Shown one piece after another: positions 30,472 through 45,030 of a stretch of DNA of 64,000 nucleotides. The stretch lies in the NCBI RefSeq assembly GCF_009914755.1, contig NC_060938.1; one strand, given 5' to 3'. This DNA is from the human T2T-CHM13v2.0 reference genome, Homo sapiens. Below the pieces are notes generated by a model that searched no databases, was not told where the DNA came from, and was given only the letters and a program-made list of their open reading frames with translations. Every line of letters begins with the position of its first letter. Within the stretch, counting starts at the first letter, position 1. A program made the translations under genes and the position numbers.

Positions 30472-33400
30472 CACTCCATTACATTACATTCCTTTCTTAC
30501 AACAGCATCTCACTCTGTCACCCAGGCTGCAGTGCAGTGGCACAATCTCAGCTCACATTTCATTTCACCATTCCATTCCATTTCATTCCGTTCCATTCTG
30601 TTCCATTCCATTCCACTCTACTGCACTCCACTCCACTCCATTCCATTCCACTCCATTCCATTCCACTCCATTCCACTCCACTCCACTCAACTCCACTCCA
30701 GTCCAGTCTAGGCCACTCTACTCCACTCCATTCCATTCCATCCCATTCAATTCCACTCCATTCCACTCCACTCCACTCCAGTCCACTCCACTATACTCCA
30801 TTCCATTCCGTTCCATTCCATTCGACTCGATTCCATTCCATACCTTTCTTTCGAAAGGATCTCACTCTGTCACACAGGGTGGAGTGCAGTGGCACAATCT
30901 CAGCTCATATTTCATTTCACCATTCCATTCCATTCCATTATATTCCATTCCATTCCATTGCACTCCACTCCACTTCCATCCACTCCATTCCACTCCATTC
31001 CATCCCATTCCATTCCACTCCATTCGACTCCACTCCACTCCATTACATACCATTCCATTCCACCCCATTACCATCCACAGCACTCCACTCCACTCCACTT
31101 CACTCCACTCAACTCCATTCCATTCTATTCCACTCCATTCCATTCCATTCCTTTCTTTCGACAGGATCTCACTCTGTCACCCAGGCTGGAGTGCAGTGCA
31201 AAAATCTCAGCCCACATTTCATTTCACAATTCCATTCAATTCAATTCGATTCCATTCCATTAAATTCCACTCTACTCCACTCCACTCCACTCCATTCAAT
31301 TGCATCCCATTCCATTCCACTCCATTCCACTTCACTCCACTCCATTCCACTCAACTCATATTTCATTTCACCATTCCATTCCATTCCATTCCACTCCATT
31401 CCACTCCACTCCCCTCCACTCAACTCCACTCCATTTCTTCCCATTCCATTCCACTCTTTTTCATTCCATTCATTTCTTTCGACAGGATCTCACTCTGTCA
31501 CCCAGGCTAGAGTGCAGTGGCACAATCTCAGCTCACCTTTCATTTCAACATTCCATTCCATTCCATTCCACTCCACTGCACTCCACTCCATTCCACTCCA
31601 CTGCACTCAACTCCACTCCATTCCACTCAATTCCATTGCATTCCTTTCTTTCAAAAGGATCTCACTGTGTCACCCAGGCTGGAGTGCAGTGACAAAATCT
31701 CAGCTCACATTTCATTTCACCATTCCATTCCATACCATTCCATTCCATTCCACTCCACTCCACTCACCTCCACTCCATTAAATTCCATTCCATAAAATTC
31801 CATTCCGCTCAATTCTACTTCACTCCCCTCCACTCCACTCAAATCCACTCCATTCGTTTCCATTCCACTCCATTTCATTCCATTAATTTCTTTCAACAGG
31901 ATCTCACCCTGTCACCCAGGCTGGAGTGCAGTCTCACAATCTCAGCTCACCTTTGATTGCACCATTCCATTTCATTCCATTCCACTCCACTACACTACAC
32001 TCCATTCCACTCCACTCCACTCCACGCCATTTCATTCCATCCCATTCTATTCCACTCCATTCTACTACACTCCACTCCGCTTTACTCCACTCCACTCCAC
32101 TCCATTGCATTCCATTCCATCCCATTAAATTCCACTCCAATCCACTCCACTCCACTCCACTCTAATCCATTCCATGCCATTCCATTACATTCCATTCTTC
32201 CTCATTCCTTCCATTCTATTCTTTTGACAGGATCTCACTCTGTCACCTAGAATGGAGTACAGTGGCACAATCTCAGCTGACATTTCTTTTCACCATTCTA
32301 TTCTATTCTATTCCATTCCATTCCACTCCATTACCCTCCACTCAACTCCACTCTGCTCCACTACATTCCATTCCATCCCATTCCATTCAACTCCATTCCA
32401 CTCCACACCACTCCACTCCACTCCTTTCCATTCCTTTCTTTTGACAGGATCAAACTCTGTCACCCACGCTGGAGTGCAGCGGCACAATCTCAGCTCACAT
32501 TTCATTTCACCATTCTGTACCATTGCGTTCCATTCCATTCCATTTCATTCCATTCCATTCTATTCCACTCCACTCCACTCCATTCCACCCCATCCCATTC
32601 CATTCCACTCCATTCCACTCCATTCCAGTCCACTCCACTCCACTCCACTCCACTCCATTCCATTCCACTCCATCCCACTCCATTCCACTCAATTCCACTC
32701 CACTCCATTCAATTCCATTCCATTCTAGTCCATTCCATTCCATTCCTTTATTTCAACATGATCTCACTCTGTCACACAGGCTGCAGTGAATTGACACAAT
32801 CTCAGCTCACATTTCATTTCACCATTGCATTCAATTTCATTGCCTTCCATTCCATTCCACTCCACTACACTCCACTGCACTCCACTCAACTCCATTCCAT
32901 TCCAGTCCACTCCACTCCTCTCCATCCCATTCCATTCCACTACCTTCCACTCTACTCCACTCCATTCCACTCCACTCCACTCCACTCTATTCCATTCTAT
33001 TCCATTTCATTCTAATCCATTCCATTCCATTCTTTTCTTTTGACAGGATTTCACTCTGTCACCCAGGCTGGAGTGCAGTGGCACAATCTCAGCCCACATT
33101 TCATTTCACCATTCCATTCCATTCCATTCCATTCCACTCCACTCCACTCTACTCCATTCCACTCCACTCCACTCCCCTCCTCTCCACTGCATTCCATTCC
33201 ATTCCACTCCACTCCACACCACTCCATTCCACTCCACTCCACTCCACTCCACTCCACTCCACTCCACCCCATTCCATCCCGCTCCATTCCATTGCATTCC
33301 TTTTTTTTGAAAGGATGTCTCTGTGTCACCCAGGCTGGAGTGCACTGGCACAATCTCAGGTCACATTTCATTTCAGCATTCCATTCCATTCCACTCCACT

Positions 33401-36400
33401 CAACTCAACTCCACTCCATTCCATTCCATAAAATTCCATTCCACTCCATTCTACTCCACTTCCCTCCACTCCACTCCACTACACTACACTCCCTTCCACT
33501 GCACTCCACTCCACTCCTTTTCATTCCATCCCGTTCTATGCAACTCCATTCCACTCCACACCACTGCACTCCACTCCATTCTATTCTACTCCATCCCTTT
33601 CCATTCCACTCCATTCCACTCCACTGTACTCCACTAAATTCCATCCCATTCCTTTCTTTTGACAGTAGCAAACTCTGTCACCCAGGCTGGAGTGCACTGG
33701 CACAATCTCAGCTCACTTTTCATTTCACCATTCCATTCCATTCTGTTGCATTCCATTCCATTCCATTTCATTCCATTCCATTCCATTCCATTCCATTCCA
33801 TTGCATTCCATTCCATTGCATTCCATTCCATTCAATTCCTTTGTCTTCCACTCCACTCCACTCCACTCCATTCCATCCCATCCCACTGCATTTCACTCCA
33901 TTCCACTCCATTCCACTCCACTCCACTTCACTCAACTCCACTCCACTCCACTCCATTCCATTCCACTCAATCCCATTCCATTCCACTCAATTCCACTCCA
34001 CTCCACTCCACTCCATTCCATTCCATTCCATTCTACTCTGTTCCATTCCATTCCTTTCTTTCGACAGGATCTCACTCTGTCACACAGGCTGGAGTGAAGT
34101 GGCACAATCTCAGCTCACATTTCATTTCACCATTGCATTCAATTTCATTCCATTCCATTCCATTCCATTCCACCCCACTCCACTGCATTCCACTCCACTC
34201 CACTCCATTCCATTCCACTCCATTCCACTGCCCTCCACTCCATCCCATTTCGTTCCACTCCACTCCACTCCACCCCTCTCCATTCCATACCATTCTAACC
34301 CATTCCATTCCACTCCCTTCCACTCTGCTCCACTCCATTCCACTCACTCTACTCTGCTCCATTCCATTCCATTCCATTTTATTCTAATCCATTTGATTCC
34401 ATTCTTTTCTTTTGACAGGATCTCACTCTGTCACCCAGGCTGGAGTGCAGTGGCACAATCTCAGCCCACATTTCGTTTCACCATTCCATTCCATTCCTTT
34501 CCATTCCACTCCACTCCACTCTACTCCATTCCACTCCACTCCACTCCACTCCCCTCCACTCCATTGCATTCCATTCCATTCCACCCCAATCCACACCACT
34601 CCATTCCACTCCACTCCACTCCACCCCATTCCATCCCACTCCATTCCATTGCATCCCTTTTTTTCGAAAGGGTCTCTCTCTGTCACCCAGCCTGGCGTGC
34701 ACTGGCACAATCTCAGCTCACATTTCATTTCACCATTCCACTCCATTCCATTCCATTCCATTCCATTCCATTCCATTCCATTCCAATCCATTCCACTTCA
34801 CTCCACTCAACTCCACTCCATTCCATTCCATAAAATTCCATTCCACTCCATTCTACTCCACTCCCCTCCACTCCACTGCACGCCACTCAACTCCATTCCA
34901 TTCCATTCCATTCCACTCCATTCCATTCCATTAATTTCTTTTGACAGGATCTCACTCTGTCACCCAGGCTGGAGTGCAGTAGCAAAATCTCAGCTCACTT
35001 TGATGTCACCATTCCATTCCATTCCACTCCATTCCACTACACTCTTTTCCACTGCACTCCACTCCACTCCTTTTCATTCCATCCCATTGTATTCCACTCC
35101 TTTCTATTCCACTCCTCTCCACTCTACTCCACTCCACTCCACTCCATTCCATTCCATTCCATCCCATTAAATTCCACTCAATTCCACTCCATTCCACTCC
35201 ACTCTAATCCATTCCATTCCATTCCATTCCACCTCATTCCGTTCCATTCTATTCTTTCGACAGGATCTCACTCTGTCACCCAGAATGCAGTGCAGTGGCA
35301 CAATCTCAGGTCACATTTCATTTCACCATTCTATTCCATTCTGTTCCATTCCATTCTAATCCATTCCCCTCTACTCAAGTCCACTCCACTCCACTCCATT
35401 CCATTCCATCCCATTCTATTCAACTCCATTCCACTCCACACCACTCCACTCCACTCCATTCCATTCCACTCCATCCCTTTCCATTCCACTCCATTCCACT
35501 CCGCTGCACTCCACTAAATTCCATTCCATTCCTTTCTTTCGACGGTAGCAAACTCTGTCACCCAGGCTGGAGTGCACTGGCACAATCTCAGCTCACATTT
35601 CATTTCACCATTCCATTCCATTCCATTCCATTCCGTTCCGTTCCGTTCTGTTCCGTTCCGTTCCGTTCCATTCCATTCCATTCCGTTGCATTCCATTCCA
35701 TTCCATTCCATTCCATTCCATTCCATTCCATTCCATTCCATTTCATTCCATTACATTCAATTCCTTTCTATACCACTCCACTCCACTCCATTCCATCCCA
35801 TCCCATTCCATTCCACTCCATTCCACTCCACTCCACTCAACTCCACTCCACTCAACTCCACTCCATTCCATTCCACTCCACTCCACTCCATTCCATTCCT
35901 CTCCATCCCATTCCATTCCTCTCCATCCCATTCCATTCCACTCAATTCCACTCCACTCCACTTCACTCCATTCCATTCCATTCCATTCCATTCTACTCTA
36001 TTCCATTCCATTCCTTTCTTTCGACAGGATCTCACTCTGTCACACAGGCTGAAGTGAAGTGACACAATCTCAGCTCACATTTCATTTCACCATTGCATTC
36101 AATTTCATTCCCTTCCATTCCATTCCATTCCATTCCACTCCACTCCACTCCACTGCACTCCACTCCACTCCACTCTATTCCATTCCTCTCCATTCCACTG
36201 CCATCCACTCCATCCCATTCTGTTCCCCTCCACTCCCCTCCATTCCATACCATTCCAACCCATTCCATTCCACTCCCTTCCACTCTACTCCACTCCATTC
36301 CACTCCACTCCACTCCACTCCATTCCATTCTATTCCATGTCATTCTAATCCATTCCATTCCATTCTTTTCTTTTGACAGGTTCTCACACTCTCACCCAAG

Positions 36401-39400
36401 CTGGAGTGCAGTGGCAAAATCTCAGCTCACATTTCATTTCAACATTCCATTCCATTCCATTCCATTCCATTCCATTCCACTCCACTCCACTCCACTCTAC
36501 TCCATTCCAGTACACTCCACTCTACTCCCCTCCACTCCACTGCATTCCATTCCATGACATGCATTCCATTCCATTCCATTCCAGTCCACTCCACTCCACT
36601 CCATTCCATTCCATTCCTTTCTTTCAACAGGATATCACACTGTTCCCCAGGATGGATTGCAGTGGCACAACCTCAGCTCACCTTTCGTTTCGCCATTCTA
36701 TTGCATTCCATTCCATTCCATTCCACTCCTCTCCACGCCATTCTTGTCCACTCCCCTCCACTCTACGCCAGTCCGTTCCATTCCATTCCACTCCACTCCA
36801 CTCAACTCCACTCCACTCCAATCCATTCCATCCCATACCATTCCACTCCACTCCACTCCACTCCATTCCATTCCACTGCATCCCATTGAATTCCACAATA
36901 TTCCACTCCAATCCACTCCACTCCATTCCATTCCATTCCACTCCATTCCATTCCTTCCTTTCTGTCGACAGGATCTCACTCTGTCACCCAGGTTGGAGTG
37001 CAGTGTCATAATCTCAGATAACATTTCATTTCACAATTTCATTCCACTGCACTGCATTCCATTCCATTCTATTCCATCCCATCCCATTCCACTCCATTCC
37101 ACTACACTACACTCCATTCTTCTCCACTCCATTACATTCCACTCCATCCCATTCCATTCCACTCCATTCCACTCCACTCCTCTCAATCCCACTCCACTCC
37201 ATTCCATTCCGTCCCATTCAATTCCACTCCATTCCACTCCACTACACTCCTCTCCACTCCATTACATTCCACTCCACCCCATTCCATTCCATTCCATTCC
37301 ACTCGTCTACACTCCACTCCATTCCACTCCTCTCCTCTCCACTCAACTCCACTCCACTCCATTCCATTCCATTCCATTCCATTCCATTCCACTCCATTCA
37401 ATTCCATTCCTGTCTTTCGACAGGATCTCACTCTGTCACCCAGGCTGGAGTGCAGTGGCACAAATTCAGCTCACGTTTCATTTCACCATTCCATACCATT
37501 CCATTCCATTCCATTCCATTCCATTCCATTCCATTCCATTCCATGCCATTCCATTCCACTCCACTACACTGCACTCTATTCCATTCCACTCCACTCAACT
37601 CAACTCTATTCCACTCCACTCAACTCTACTCCACTCCACTCCACTCCATTCCATTCCATTCCATTCCATTCCACTCCTTTCCATTCCATTCCTTTCTTTC
37701 AACAGGTTTTCACTCTGTCACCCATGCTGGAGTGCAGTGGCACAATCTTAGCTCACATTTCATTTCACCATTTCATTCCATTCCATGCCATTCCATTCGA
37801 TTCCATTCCATGCCACTACTTTCCATTCCACTCCACTCCACTCCATTCCATTCCATTCCACTCCACTCTACTCGTATCCTCTGTACCACCGTCCACTCCA
37901 TTCCATTCCATTCCTTCCCATTCCATTCCAATCCACTCCACTCCCTTCCATGCCACTCCACTCCACTTCATTCCTTTCGATTCCATCCCATTCCATTCCA
38001 CTCCACTCCACTCCACTGCATTCCATTCCATTCCTTTCTACTCCATTTCATTCCACTCCACTGCAGTCCACTCCATTCCATTCCATTTCATTCCACTCCA
38101 TTCCTTACATTCGACAGGATCTCACTCTGTCACCCAGTCTGGAGTGCAGTGGCACAATCTCAGCTCACATTTCATTTCAGCATTCCATTCCATTGCATTC
38201 CATTCTATTTCTTTCCATTGCATTCCATTCCTTTCCATTCCATTCTATTCCATTCCATTCTATTCCATTCCATTACATTCTATTCCATTCCATTCCATTC
38301 CTCTCCAATCCACTCCACTCCACTCCACTCCACAGCACTACATTCCATTCCATTCCTCTCCATTCCACTCCACTCCATTCCATTCCATCCCTTTCCATTC
38401 CACTATACTACTCTCCACTCCACTCCATTCCATTCCAGTCCACTCCATTCCTTTCCTTTCTTTCGACAGGATCTCACTCTGTCACCCAGGCTGGAATGCA
38501 TTGGCACAAACTCAGCTCACATTTCATTTCACCATTCCATTCCATTGCTTTCAATTACATTGCATTCCATTCCACTGCATTCCATTCCTTTGCATTCCAT
38601 TCCATTCCATTCCATTCCACTCCACTTCTCTCCACTCCACTCCAATCCACTCCACTCCATTACATTACATCCTATTCCATTCCACTCCATTCCACTCCAC
38701 TCCACTCCAATCCACTCCTTTCCTTTCCTTTTCATCCCATTCCATTCCACTCCATTCCACTCCACTCCAATACACTCCAGTCCAGTCCATGCCACTGGAC
38801 TCCATTCCATTCCATTCCTTTCTTTCAACAGGATCTGACTCTGTCACCCAGGCTGGAGCAAAGTGGCACAATCTCAGCTCACATTTCATTTCCCCATTCC
38901 ATTCCACTCCACTCTATTCCACTGTATTGCACTCCACTCTTCTCCACTCCACTCCATTCCATTCCATACCATTCCATACCACTCCAATCCATTCCACTCC
39001 AGTCCACTCCATTCTATTCCATTTCCTTTCCACTCCATTCCTATCTTTTGGCAGGATTTCACTCTCTCACCCAGGCTGGAGTGCAGTGGCACAATCCAGT
39101 TCACATTTCCTTTCACTATTCCATTGCATTCCATTCCATTCCATTCCTTTCGACTCCACTCCATTCCACTCCATTGCACTCCACTCCACTCCACTCAACT
39201 CCATTCCACTATACTCCACTCCAATACACTACACTCCATTCCATTCCATCCCATTCCATTCCACTCCATTCCACTCCACTCCACTCCTCTCCACTCCACT
39301 CCACTGCTTTCTATTCCATTCCTTTCCACTACATTCCATTCCATTCCTATCTTTCGACACGATTTCACTCTCTCACCCAGGCTGGAGTTCAGTGGCACAA

Positions 39401-42400
39401 TCTCAGCTCACATTTCATTTCACCATTCCATTGCATTCCATTCAATTCAATTCCATTCCATTCAACTCCACTCCAATCCATTCCATTCCATTTCACTGCA
39501 CTCCACTCCATTCCATTCCACACCACTCCAGTACTCTCCACTCCACTCCACTCCATTCCATTACATTCCAATACACTCCATTCAATTCCATTCCTGTCAC
39601 CGAGGCTGGAGTCCGGTGGCCCAAACTCAACTAACATTTCATTTCATCCTTCCATTCCATTGCATTCCATTGCATTCCATTCCATTTCATTCCATTGCAT
39701 TCCATTCCATTCCATGCCATTCCATTCCATTCCATAACACTCCATTCCACTCCACTCCACTCCACTCCACAGCACTCCATTCCATTACATTCCATCCCAC
39801 TCCAATCCACTCCACTCCACTCCATTCCATTCCATCCCTTTCCATTCCACTATACTCCAGTCCACTCCATTCCATTCCATTCAACTCCATTCCACTATGC
39901 TCCACTCCACTCCACTCCATTCCATTTCATTCCACTCCTTTCCATTCTATTCCTTTCTTTTGACAGGATTTCACTCTGTCACCCAGGCTAGAGTGTAGTG
40001 GCACAATCTCAGCTCACATTTCATTTCATTTCGCCATTCCATTCCGTTGCAATCCATGCCATTCAATTCCATTCCACTCCACTCCACTCCACTCCAGTCC
40101 ATTCCATCCCATGCCATTCCACTCTTCTCCACTCCACTACACTCCATGTCATTCCATTCAATCCTACTTCATTCCACTCCATTCCATTCCACTCGACTCC
40201 ACTCCTCTCCACACCACTCCACACTACTCCATTCCACTCCATCCCATTCCGTTCTACCCCGTTCCAATGCACTCCACTCCTCTCCACTCCATTCCATTTC
40301 ATTCCATCCCTGTTGATTCCTCTCCATTCCACTCCACTCCACTCCACTTCTCTCCACTCCATTCCATTCCATTCCATTCCACTGCATTCCTTTCCATTCC
40401 TTTCTTTCGACAGGATCTCACTCTGTCACCCAGGTTGGAGTGCAGTGGCACAATCTCAGATCACATTTGATTTCACCAATCCATTACATTCTATTTCATT
40501 CCATTCCAATCCACTCCAATCCACTCCACTCCGTTCCACTCCACTCCACTCCACTCCAATCCATTCCACTCCAGTCCTCTTCACTCCACTCCATTCGATT
40601 CCATCCCATTCCATTCCACTCCTTTCCACTCCAATCCACTCCACTCCACTCCATTCCACTCCATTCAACTCCATTCCATTCCATTCCACTCCTTTCCACT
40701 CCAATCCACTCCACTCCACTCCATTCCACTCCATTCAACTCCATTCCATTCCATTCTTTTCCTTCGGCAGGATCTCACTCTGTCACCCAGGGTGCAGTGC
40801 AGTGGCATCATCTCATCTCACATTTCATTTCACCGTTGCATTTCATTGCATTCCATTCCATTCCTTTGCATTCCATTCCATTCCATTGCATTCATTCCAT
40901 TGCATCCCAACCCATTCCATTCCACTCCATTCCACTCCACTCCATCCCATTCCATCCCATTCCATTCCTCTCCACTCCACTCCACTCCATCCCATTCCAT
41001 CCCATTCCATTCCTCTCCACTCCACTCCCCTCCACTACACTCCTCTGCATTCCATTCCATTCAATTCCATTCTATTCCACTCCATTCCACTCCACTCCAC
41101 TCCACTCCACTCCATTCCACTCTATCCTGTTCCATTCCACTCCATTAACTCCACTCCACTCCACTCCATTCCATTCCATTCCATTCCATTCCATTCCATT
41201 CCATTCCTTTCTTTCGACAGGATCTCACTCTGTCACACAGGCTGGAGTGCAGTGGCACAATGTCAGCTCACATTTCATTTCACTATTGCATTCAATTTCA
41301 TTCCATTCCATCCGTTCCACTCCAGTCCACTCCACTCCATTCCATTCCACTCCACTCCACTACACTGCTCTCCACTCCATCCTATTCCATTCCACTCCAC
41401 TCCACTCCACTTCACTCCGTTCCATTCCATTACACTCCATTCCATTCCATTCCTTTCCTTTGACAGGATCTCACTCTGTCACCCAGGCTTTAGTGCAGTG
41501 GCACAATCTCAGCCCATGTTTCATTTCACCATTCCATTCCATTCCATTCTACTCGACTCTACTCCACTCCACTCTACTCCATTCCACTCCATTCCACTAA
41601 CCTGCATTCCATTCCATTACATCCCATTCCCTTCCACTCCACTCCACTCCACTCCACTCCCCTCCATCCAATTCCATTCCATTCCATTCCATTCCATTCC
41701 ATTCCACTCCTTTCCCCTCCATTCCATTCCATTACTTTCTTTTGACAGGATCTCACTCTGTCACCCAGGATGGAGTGTAGTGGCACAATCTCAACTCACA
41801 TTTCGTTTCACCATTCTATTCCATTCCATTCCACTCCTCTCCACTCTACTCCACTCCACTCAATTCCAGTCCATTCCATTCCATTCCACTCCACTCAACT
41901 CCACTCCCCTCCACTCCACTGCATTCCATTCCATCCAATTCCATTCCACCCCATTCCACTCCAATCCACTCCATTCCAATCCACTCCATTCCAATCCACT
42001 CCATTTTATTCCACTCCACTCCACACCACTGCATTCCATTCCATTCAATTCCACTCCATTCTATTCTTTTCTGTCGACACGATCTCTGTCACCAAGGTTG
42101 GAGTGCAGTGTCATAATCTCAGCTAACGTTTCATTTCACGATTCCATTTCATTCCATTCCATCCTATCCCATTCCACTCCGTTCCATTCCATTCCTCTCC
42201 ACTCCACTACATTCCACTCCATCCCATTCCATTCCATTCCACTCCATTCCACTCCACTCCACTGCGTTCCATTCCATCTCATTCAATTCCCCTCCATTGC
42301 ACTCCACTACACTCCACTCCACTCCTCTCCACTCTTTTACATTCCACTCGACCCCATTCCTTTCCACTCCATTCCACTCGACTCCACTCCACTCCAGTCC

Positions 42401-44689
42401 ACTCCACCGTACCCCACTCCACTTCATTCCAGTCCACTCCACTCCACTCCATTACATTACATTCCACTCCACTCCATTCAATTCCATTCTTTTGTTTTGA
42501 CAGGATCTCACTCTGTCACCCAGGCTGGAGTCCAGTGGCAGAAACTCAGCTTACATTTCATTTCACCATTCCATTCCATTGCATTCCATTTCATTCCATT
42601 CCATTTCATTCCATTGCTTTCCATTCCATTTCATTCCATTGCATTCCATTCCATTCCATTCCATTCCATTCCATTCCATTCCATTCTATTCCATTCCATT
42701 CAATTCCATTCCATTCCATTCCATTCCATTCCATTCCTCTCCGATCCACTCCACTCCACTCCACAGCACTACATTCCATTCCATTCCTCTCCACTCCACT
42801 CCATTCCATTCCATCCCTTTCCTTTCCACTCCATTCCACTATATTCCACTCCACTCCACTCCATTCCATTCCATTCCACTCCATTCCACTATACTCCTCT
42901 CCACTCCACTCCATTCCATTCCAGTCCACTCCATTCCTTTCCTTTCTTTTGACAGGATCTCTATCTGTCACCCAGGCTGGAATGCATTGGCACAAACTCA
43001 GCTCACATTTCATTTCACCATTCCATTCCATTGCTTTCAATTACATTGCATTCCTCTCCATTGCATTCCGTTCCATTCCATTGCATTCCATTCCATTCCA
43101 TTCCATTCCACTCCACTCCACTCCACTGCACTCCAATCCACTCCTCTCCATTACATTACATCCCATTCCTTTCCACTCCATTCAACTCCACTCCACTCCA
43201 CTCCAATCCACTCCATTCTATTCCTTTTCATCCCATTCCATTCCACTCCATTCCACTCCACTCCACTCCAATCCACTCCATTCCTTTCCTTTTCATCCCA
43301 TTCCATTCCACTCCATTCCACTCCACTCCAATACACTCCACTCCAGTCCATACCACTGGACTCCATTCCATTCCATTCCTTTCTTTCAACAGGATCTGAC
43401 TCTGTCACCCAGGCTGGAGCAAAGTGGCACAATCTCAGCTCACATTTCATTTCCCCATTCCATTCCATTCCATTCCACTCCACTCCATTCCACTGCATTG
43501 CACTCCACTCCTCTCCACTCCACTCCATTCCGTTCCACTCCACTCCCCTCCATTCCATTCCATCCCATTCCGTACCACTCCAATCCATTCCACTCCACTC
43601 CACTCCATTCTATTCCATTCCTTTCCACTCCATTCCATTCCATTCCTGTCTTTTGGCAGGATTTCACTCTCTCACACAGGTTGGAATGCAGTGGCACAAT
43701 CTCAGCTCACATTTCCTTTGACCATTCCATTGCATTCCATTCAATTCCATTCCATTCCCTTCCATTCCATTCCATTCGACTCCACTCCATTCCACTCCAT
43801 TGCACTCCACTCCACTCCATTCCATTATACTCCACTCCACTTCACCACACTCCATTCCATTCCATCCCATTCCATACCACTCCGTTCCACTCCACTCCAC
43901 TCCTCTCCACTCCACTGCTTTCTATTCCATTCCTTTCCACTACATTCCATTCCATTCCTATCTTTTTACACGATTTCACTCTCTCACCCAGGCTGGAGTG
44001 CAGTGGCAAAATCTCAGCTCACATTTCATTTCACCATTCCATTGCATTCCATTCTATTCCATTCCATTCCACTCCACTCCAATCCATTCAATTCCATTCC
44101 ATTCGACTCCACTCCATTCCACTCCATTGCACTCCACTCCACTCAACTCCATTCCATTATACTCCACTCCACTCCACTCCATTCCCTTCCATCCCATTCT
44201 ATACCACTCCGTTCCACTCCACTCCACTCCACTCCTCTCCACTCCACTGCTTTCTATTCCATTCCTTTCCACTACATTCCATTCCATTCCTATCTTTTGA
44301 CATGATTTCACTCTCTCACCCAGGCTGGAGTGCATTGGCACAATCTCAGCTCACATTTCATTTCACCATTCCATTCCATTCCATTCCACTCCACTCCACT
44401 CCAATCCATTCCATTCCATTCCACTCCACTCCACTCCAATCCATTCCATTCCATTCCACTCCACTCCACTCCAATCCATTCCATTCCATTCCACTGCACT
44501 CCACTCCACTCCATTCCATTCCACACCACTCCACTTCACTCCACTCCATTCCATTCTACTCCAATCTATTCCATTCCTTTCTTTAGGCGGGTTCTCACTC
44601 TGTCTCCCATGCTGGAGTGCAGTGGAACAATCTCAGCTCATATTTCATTTCAACATTCCATTCCATTTCATTCCATGCCATTGTATTCC

Positions 44690-45030
44690 ACTCCACTCCA
44701 CTCCAGTACACTGATTCCATTCCATTCCACTCCATTCCACTCAACTCCATTCTACTCCACTCAATTCCACTCTTCTCCAATCCATTCCATTTCATTTCAT
44801 TCCATTATATTCCATTCCACTCCACTCCAGTTGACTGATTCCATTCCACACCATTCCACTCAACTCCACTCTACTCCGCTCAATTCCACTCTTCTCCATT
44901 CCATTCCATTTCATTTCATTCCATTCCATTATATTCCATTCCACTCCACTCCAGTCCACTGATTCCATTCCACTCCTTTCCACTCCATTCCACTCAACTC
45001 CACTCTACTCCACTCAATTCTACTCCTCTC
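44690..45030 (+). repeat. ~124-bp tandem triplication within a pentamer tract
   Basis: Rare marker CTGATTCC at 44711, 44835 and 44959 with matching downstream sequence. Confidence 0.85.
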
